DNA of 64,000 bases from an uncultured Verrucomicrobiae bacterium. Its GTDB lineage: Bacteria; Verrucomicrobiota; Verrucomicrobiia; Palsa-1439. Within the stretch, counting starts at the first letter, position 1; each line of letters opens with the position of its first letter. Both the position numbers and the translations under genes were made by a program. The DNA is taken from the NCBI GenBank assembly GCA_963812605.1, contig CAWEWF010000014.1, forward strand, positions 576,001 to 640,000. Direction: 5' to 3'. Of this stretch, positions 58,367-64,000 are shown piece after piece. Below the pieces are notes generated by a model, which was not told the origin of the DNA, did no database searches, and saw only the letters and a list, made by a program, of their open reading frames with translations.

Positions 58367-59430
58367 TGGGCTTTATTGGCAAAGGTTTGTTCGAAGGCAT
58401 GGTCGTGACCGCCCGCAACTTCGTGGGTAGTTATTTCGACAAGGAACGCCTCGTGACCGTCCAGTATCCCGAGGAGCGCGTCCAGGTTCCCGAAAATTCG
58501 CGCACGTTTCCCTTCCTCGTGTTCGACGCGGACAAAGATCCCATCGGCACGATGCGTTGCGTGGCCTGCAAGATTTGCGAAGTGGAATGTCCGCCGCAGT
58601 GCATTTACATCGTCATGGACCGCGACGAGAAGGGCAAACCGCTGCAGCGCCCGAAGGTGTTCGACATCGACATCAGCGTTTGCATGCAGTGCCAGATTTG
58701 CGTGGAGGTCTGCCCGTTCGACGCGATCAAGATGGACAACAATTACGAGAAGTCGCAGTACGGGCGCTTCAATGAACTCGTCGAGCATTTGCCCCAGTTG
58801 CTGCTGTCCAACGAATACTATAACAAGATCAAGCCGACGGAGGCTTCCGCCGTCGATGCGAAGCTGAAAATTGAGGCGGAAAAGAAAGCCAAGAAAGCTG
58901 CGCCGGCCGGGGCGAAACCCGCGGCGCCAGCGCCCAAGCCGGCCGCTCCCGCAGCGCCGAAGCCCGTGTCAGCGCCTGCACCGATGGCGAGAGTCGCGAT
59001 TCCAGATGACGCACCGTTTACGCCCGAACAACGCCAATGGCTCAGCGGATATCTCGCCGCCGTCGGAGGTTCTGGTGGCGCGGGCGTCGCTCCCGCAGCC
59101 GCAGTTCCAACCGCCGAAGCGGCGGTAGCGGAAGCCGCGCCAGTGACCGAGGCTGCACCCGCCGCCGAAGCGCCAGCGGGTGGCTGGCCGTGGCACGACC
59201 CGGGACTCGGGATGCAGCAGCGGCTCGATTTGGCAAAGGACACGCCCATTGCCGACAAGCTGATGGCCGCCATGGCACAGACCGATTGCCATGCCTGCGG
59301 TTACGACTGTCGTGGCTATGCGGATGCGATTGCCACGGGTGCGGAGACCGATTTGTCACTCTGCCTGCCAGGAGAAGCGGAAACTGCCAACATGCTCAAG
59401 AAGCTGATGCAGGAGGCAGGAAAGTTGTAA
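58366..59430 (+). CDS. nuoI: NuoI fused through an Ala/Pro linker to an additional Fe-S domain
   Basis: TVQYPE, CVACKICEVECP, CMQCQICVEVCP; C-terminal APFTPEQRQWLSG..PWHDP..AAMAQTDCHACGYDC..YADAI..LCLPG. Confidence 0.9.
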   Translation: MGFIGKGLFEGMVVTARNFVGSYFDKERLVTVQYPEERVQVPENSRTFPFLVFDADKDPIGTMRCVACKICEVECPPQCIYIVMDRDEKGKPLQRPKVFDIDISVCMQCQICVEVCPFDAIKMDNNYEKSQYGRFNELVEHLPQLLLSNEYYNKIKPTEASAVDAKLKIEAEKKAKKAAPAGAKPAAPAPKPAAPAAPKPVSAPAPMARVAIPDDAPFTPEQRQWLSGYLAAVGGSGGAGVAPAAAVPTAEAAVAEAAPVTEAAPAAEAPAGGWPWHDPGLGMQQRLDLAKDTPIADKLMAAMAQTDCHACGYDCRGYADAIATGAETDLSLCLPGEAETANMLKKLMQEAGKL

Positions 59431-59469
59431 GGGGCGGCATCGCAGTTCGGCGGTCGTGGGGAAGCAAGT

Positions 59470-59498
59470 TTGACAGGGGATGGGGGTTTTCCTATAAG
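59470..59498 (+). promoter_or_regulatory. Internal promoter upstream of nuoH
   Basis: TTGACA-17 nt-TATAAG in the 100-bp nuoI-nuoH gap. Confidence 0.6.
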
Positions 59499-59530
59499 AA
59501 GCGCGCCCGATTCGGGCTGACTGACGAAGC

Positions 59531-60760
59531 ATGGACCAGGTTTACAAAGTCGCGCCACAATTATTGAAGTTTCTGTCGTACCTGCTGGGGTGGTTGCCCT
59601 GGATCGGGAAGCCCGTTGCCGGTTTCCTGTCCAACCCGCCGGAATGGTTCCTCCTGGCGGTGGCGATTGCGGTTCCCATCCTCTTTGTCGTTGCCGTGTT
59701 CCCCGGTATTTTTGCCTACACTACGCTCGTTGAACGCAAGGCGCTCGGTCGCATCCAGAACCGCATCGGCCCGAATCGCGTTGGCCGTTGGGGCCTCCTC
59801 CAGCCGATCGCGGACGGCGTAAAATTGCTGACCAAGGAAGACATTGTTCCGCGGAGCGCCGACAAGTTCGTCCATTTCTTGGCGCCAGTCGCCGCAGTGA
59901 TCCCATCGGTACTACTTTTCTCGGTGGTGCCCATCGGTGTGGGATTGGTCCCGGTGAATCTCAACATTGGCCTCCTGTTTGCCTTCGCCATCAGTACCGC
60001 GAGCGTGCTGGCGCTATTCATGGGCGGCTGGGCGTCACGCAACAAGTTTTCATTGCTCGGCGCGATGCGCGCGGTGGCCCAGGTCATTTCCTATGAAGTT
60101 CCGATGGTGCTGGCAGCAGTAGCAGTGGTGATGGCCACCGGCTCACTCTCGACCCTGGCCATCGCGAGGGCGCAGAGCGGCGGGATCGTCAATGTCTCGC
60201 ACTGGTTCGTTTTCCGTCCGTGGGGATTTGTCGGATTTGTGCTCTTCACGATTGGCGCGATGGCGGAGTCGGCGCGCACGCCCTTTGACATTCCCGAGGC
60301 GGAATCCGAAATCATCGCTGGCTATCACACCGAGTACAGCGGCTTCAAGTTCGCGCTCTTCCAACTCGGCGAGTATCTCGCGTCGATTGCCATGGCGGGC
60401 ATCACCGTCACCATGTTCCTCGGCGGCTACAACGGTCCCGGCAGCGGCCCCGGTTTCCTGGGCGGCCTGATTTCCATCTTTTGGTTCTTTTCCAAGCTGG
60501 GTTGCATGATCGTGTTGACCATTTGGATCCGCGGCACCTGGCCGCGGGTGCGGGTCGACCAGTTGATGAGCTTTGCGTGGAAGGTGCTGCTGCCCATGTC
60601 GATCGTTAACATCATCGCCGTCGCAATGTGGCATTACATAACCATACGGCCCGTCGCCTGGATCGTGACCACGTTGTGGCTTGTCCTTTGGTTCATCACG
60701 CTCTCCAAGCTCGCGGCCACCGAGAACGTCGAAAAACGGGAATACCGGTACGCCTCCTGA
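59531..60760 (+). CDS. nuoH: NADH-quinone oxidoreductase subunit H
   Basis: ERKALGRIQNRIGPNRVG, LQPIADGVKL, AQVISYE, RTPFDIPEAESE, TEYSG. Confidence 0.96.
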   Translation: MDQVYKVAPQLLKFLSYLLGWLPWIGKPVAGFLSNPPEWFLLAVAIAVPILFVVAVFPGIFAYTTLVERKALGRIQNRIGPNRVGRWGLLQPIADGVKLLTKEDIVPRSADKFVHFLAPVAAVIPSVLLFSVVPIGVGLVPVNLNIGLLFAFAISTASVLALFMGGWASRNKFSLLGAMRAVAQVISYEVPMVLAAVAVVMATGSLSTLAIARAQSGGIVNVSHWFVFRPWGFVGFVLFTIGAMAESARTPFDIPEAESEIIAGYHTEYSGFKFALFQLGEYLASIAMAGITVTMFLGGYNGPGSGPGFLGGLISIFWFFSKLGCMIVLTIWIRGTWPRVRVDQLMSFAWKVLLPMSIVNIIAVAMWHYITIRPVAWIVTTLWLVLWFITLSKLAATENVEKREYRYAS

Positions 60761-60765
60761 TTGCC

Positions 60766-61284
60766 ATGGAAATCGCCTTCTGGATTCTTTCCGCAATCAC
60801 CGTCATGGGCGCAATCCTGGCCATCTCCTTGCGCAACGTCATGCACTGCTTGCTATCGCTTATCCTTTTCTTCTTCGGCATTGCCGGTCATTACTTCCTG
60901 TTGCACGCGGAATTCCTGGGAGGAATTCAGATCCTCATCTACATCGGCGCGGTCGCGGTGCTGATCGCGCTGGCCACCATGCTCACCCGGCACATTACGG
61001 GCGAAGAAGGGCCGCGCGAAGTGCTCGGCGGCAAATGGTGGGCGGGCATGGGGACCGCGGCCATTATTGCCGGCCTGTTGTGGGCGATTATTCGCAGGGA
61101 CGAGTTGGCTCAATTGCTGCCGACCGCAGCCGCCAACATATCGTATGCGGCGATGGTGGGAGACCTTGGCCGGGCGCTGGTTGTGGACTGGGTCGTGCCG
61201 TTTGAGGCGCTGGCCGTGCTGCTGACGGCGGCGCTCATTGGCGCAGTGGTCATCGCCATCGAAGAGGTCATCCGCAAACGATGA
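60766..61284 (+). CDS. nuoJ: NADH-quinone oxidoreductase subunit J
   Basis: AEFLGGIQILIYIGAVAVL, PFE..AVLL..ALIGA. Confidence 0.94.
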   Translation: MEIAFWILSAITVMGAILAISLRNVMHCLLSLILFFFGIAGHYFLLHAEFLGGIQILIYIGAVAVLIALATMLTRHITGEEGPREVLGGKWWAGMGTAAIIAGLLWAIIRRDELAQLLPTAAANISYAAMVGDLGRALVVDWVVPFEALAVLLTAALIGAVVIAIEEVIRKR

Positions 61285-61592
61285 ACGTCTCCTTGGAACA
61301 TTACCTGATGCTCTCGGCGTTCCTGTTCGCCATCGGCCTGTGCGGCGCACTCGCGCGCAAGAATGCCATCATCGTCTTGATGGGCATCGAGATCATGTTC
61401 AACGCGGGCATCCTGAATTTTGTCGCGTTCTGGCATTATAAGTACTTCGCGTCGCTGACGGCGCAGGTATTCGCCATCTTCGCGATTTCCATCGCCGCCG
61501 CCGAATCGGCGGTGGGCCTGGCCCTGGTGATTGCAGTCTACAGGCACTACCGATCGGTGGACCTCGATGAGATGAGGAGTTTAAAGGGCTAG
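61281..61592 (+). CDS. nuoK: NADH-quinone oxidoreductase subunit K
   Basis: LMGIEIMFN, IAAAESAVGLAL, LKG. Confidence 0.96.
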   Translation: MNVSLEHYLMLSAFLFAIGLCGALARKNAIIVLMGIEIMFNAGILNFVAFWHYKYFASLTAQVFAIFAISIAAAESAVGLALVIAVYRHYRSVDLDEMRSLKG

Positions 61593-63665
61593 ATGAGCGA
61601 AGCCCGGTACATTGACGAGTTGGCCAGGCAACAATGGTTGATTCCGTTTTTCCCGCTGGTGGCCGCGGCCATCCAGTCGCTCCTGAAGCGCCCGCAACGA
61701 AAGCTCTCCGCAACATTGACCATTGGCGCGATGGGCTTGTCCTGCATTTTTGCGCTGCGCGCCTTTTTCGCCACACTCGGGGGCGGCGAGCATCCGGAAG
61801 TCCAGCCGGGGATCTGGAATTTCACCTGGTTCAAATTCGGCACCACCAGCCTCGATCTGGGGCTTATCCTTGATCCGCTGACGGCGGGCATGGCAGTCAT
61901 GGTGACATTCGTCGGCTTCTGGATTTTCGTCAACGCCACGGGTTACATGGACCATGACGAGAATTTTACCCGGTTTTTCTGTTTCCTGTCGCTCTTCGCC
62001 GCTTCCATGTTGGGTCTGGTCATATCCAATAATCTGTTGCTCCTGTTCATGTGTTGGGAACTGGTCGGCTTGTGCAGTTACCTCCTCATCGGCTTTTGGT
62101 ATTTCAAGCCGGCGGCAGCGGCAGCCATGAAGAAAGCGTTTATCACCACCCGCATCGGCGACGTTGGATTCTTCCTCGGCATACTGATGCTGTACTGGAA
62201 GACGGGCACATTGAATTTGTACGCGACGGACGGCACGGGAGCGTTGCAGCAGGCCGGCAGCCTGGCCCACCTGGCAGGCTGGTGGGGGTTGTCCGCGGCG
62301 AGCACCATCGCCTTTCTGCTCTTCATCGGCGCGATGGGCAAGAGCGCGCAATTCCCGTTGCATGTGTGGTTGCCGGACGCGATGGAAGGCCCGACGCCCG
62401 TGAGTGCTTTGATTCACGCCGCAACCATGGTTGCTGCCGGCGTGTTCATGGTGGGCCGCATGTACCCCTTGTTCACGGCGGAGCCGGGCGCCTGGGTGAT
62501 GGATTTTGTGATGTGGATCGGCTGTTTTACGGCGGTCTTCTCAGCGACGATTGCGGTGGCGCAGAATGACATCAAACGCGTACTGGCCTATTCCACCTGT
62601 TCGCAGCTCGGCTTCATGATGATGGCCCTGGGCGCCGGCAATCTTGTGGCCGGACAATTTCATCTACTAACCCACGCGTTCTTCAAGGCGTTATTGTTCC
62701 TGGGTTCCGGTTGCGTGATTATCGGCACGAACCATGAGCAGGACATGCGTAAAATGGGCGGATTGCGCAAGTATATGCCGATCACCTTCGTCTGTTACGT
62801 CATCGGCACGCTGGCACTGGCGGGCTTTCCACTGACAGCGGGTTTTTTCAGCAAGGACGAAATCCTGCTGGCTACATTTCATCGCAACCGGTTCGCCTGG
62901 GGCCTGGCGACGTTTGCCGCATTCCTGACGGCGTTCTATATGACGCGGCAGATTTTCATGGTGTTCTTCGGTCGCTGGCGTGGGGGCCGGCCCGAGGAAC
63001 ATCCCCACAGTAAGCACGCTGAAGCCCACGGGCGAGTCGATGATCCTCATGGGCACAGCCATTCTGACGAACCCCGTGAAGTTCCCTGGAATATGTGGCT
63101 GCCGATCGCGGTCCTGAGCGTCTTCGCGTTGTTTATGGGCTTCGGCCACGGTTTCTTTCAGCATTACATCGCCCCGGAAGAAGCTGCGCCGGAACACAGC
63201 GACATGGTGCTCTGGCTCTCGATCGGCGTCGGGCTGCTGGGTATTTTCCTCGGTTGGGTGGTCTACGGGCGCAAAACGATGGAACACGCCACCGACCCTG
63301 ATCCATTGGCGGTGACCCTGGGAGGACTGTTCACATTCCTAAACCGCAAGTGGTACATCGACGAATTTTATGAAATGACCGTTTTTCCGTTCACAGCCGC
63401 GTGTGCCATGTTTTGTCGCCTGTTCGACAAACTCGTGGTCGATGGCTTTTTACACGCGATCGTCTTTATTGCGACGGCGATCTCTTTGATCTTTAGCGGG
63501 GTGGGGGACGGATTTTTCATCAACGGCGGCTTTGACGCCAGTTGCGAAAGCGTGCGCCTGGGCGGGAAGGTCCTCGCGAAGTTGCAGAGCGGACGCGTAC
63601 AGAATTATTTCCGTGTCTTGAGTCTCGGGGCGGCAATCTTGTTGCTGGTTTACTTCTTCACATGA
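61593..63665 (+). CDS. nuoL: NADH-quinone oxidoreductase subunit L
   Basis: WELVGLCSYLLIGFW, GKSAQFPLHVWLPDAMEGPTPVSALIHAATMV, HAFFKALLFL. Confidence 0.97.
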   Translation: MSEARYIDELARQQWLIPFFPLVAAAIQSLLKRPQRKLSATLTIGAMGLSCIFALRAFFATLGGGEHPEVQPGIWNFTWFKFGTTSLDLGLILDPLTAGMAVMVTFVGFWIFVNATGYMDHDENFTRFFCFLSLFAASMLGLVISNNLLLLFMCWELVGLCSYLLIGFWYFKPAAAAAMKKAFITTRIGDVGFFLGILMLYWKTGTLNLYATDGTGALQQAGSLAHLAGWWGLSAASTIAFLLFIGAMGKSAQFPLHVWLPDAMEGPTPVSALIHAATMVAAGVFMVGRMYPLFTAEPGAWVMDFVMWIGCFTAVFSATIAVAQNDIKRVLAYSTCSQLGFMMMALGAGNLVAGQFHLLTHAFFKALLFLGSGCVIIGTNHEQDMRKMGGLRKYMPITFVCYVIGTLALAGFPLTAGFFSKDEILLATFHRNRFAWGLATFAAFLTAFYMTRQIFMVFFGRWRGGRPEEHPHSKHAEAHGRVDDPHGHSHSDEPREVPWNMWLPIAVLSVFALFMGFGHGFFQHYIAPEEAAPEHSDMVLWLSIGVGLLGIFLGWVVYGRKTMEHATDPDPLAVTLGGLFTFLNRKWYIDEFYEMTVFPFTAACAMFCRLFDKLVVDGFLHAIVFIATAISLIFSGVGDGFFINGGFDASCESVRLGGKVLAKLQSGRVQNYFRVLSLGAAILLLVYFFT

Positions 63666-64000
63666 GCCCCCACACGACACTGCCCATCTTGTCGCTCATC
63701 ACGTTTGCCCCGCTGGTTGGCGCGGCGCTGGTGCTGTTGCTCCCGAAAGACAGCAAGGGCGCAATCAAAATGGTAGCGCTGTTCGCCACCCTCGTCTCGC
63801 TCTTGCTGACGCACATCGTCTGGCACCATTTCGATCCGAACGCCGGGCTGATGTTCGAGGAGCGGTCGGCGTGGATTCCGGCCATGAACATCGATTATCA
63901 CCTCGCCGTGGACGGCCTCAGTATCACGATGGTTTTGTTGACGGCGATCATCATGCCGCTGGCGCTGCTGGCGTCGTGGAAACAGGAGCGCAATGTGAAG
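63662..64000 (+). CDS. nuoM: NADH-quinone oxidoreductase subunit M, 5' part (runs off the window)
   Basis: ATG overlaps the nuoL stop; WIPAMNIDYHLAVDGLS motif. Confidence 0.88.
   Translation, partial: MSPHTTLPILSLITFAPLVGAALVLLLPKDSKGAIKMVALFATLVSLLLTHIVWHHFDPNAGLMFEERSAWIPAMNIDYHLAVDGLSITMVLLTAIIMPLALLASWKQERNVK

Overview
GC-rich bacterial chromosome window. It is probably from a Verrucomicrobiota/PVC-group organism (inferred from the LpxC-FabZ fusion, a PEP-CTERM protein, PKD-containing secreted proteins and gene style). Several 1-bp indels in housekeeping genes (gcvP, nuoB, ribE, hemC) look like long-read assembly errors. Core content: lpxC-fabZ, lpxA, glpX, rho, gcvTHP, a riboflavin/nusB/ftsY operon, RNase P RNA, a heme operon, sppA, trpG and a nuo operon without nuoEFG. 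Accessory content: secreted proteins, a multicopper oxidase, a type II R-M pair and many GTAG-type REP palindromes. Most interesting observations: (1) an operon queE - small ORF - class III aminotransferase - LuxE-like - LuxC-like, whose chemistry could convert CDG directly to preQ1 without QueC/QueF (hypothesis); (2) NuoI fused to an extra Fe-S domain in a complex I cluster with no N-module genes; (3) an atypical MotA/ExbB + MotB/ExbD-like gene pair next to the R-M system; (4) REP palindromes inserted in frame inside luxE and ftsY; (5) a duplicated fabZ 3' end and a second cassette-like tandem locus; (6) a composite non-coding element with co-varying inverted repeats, present in two inverted copies.
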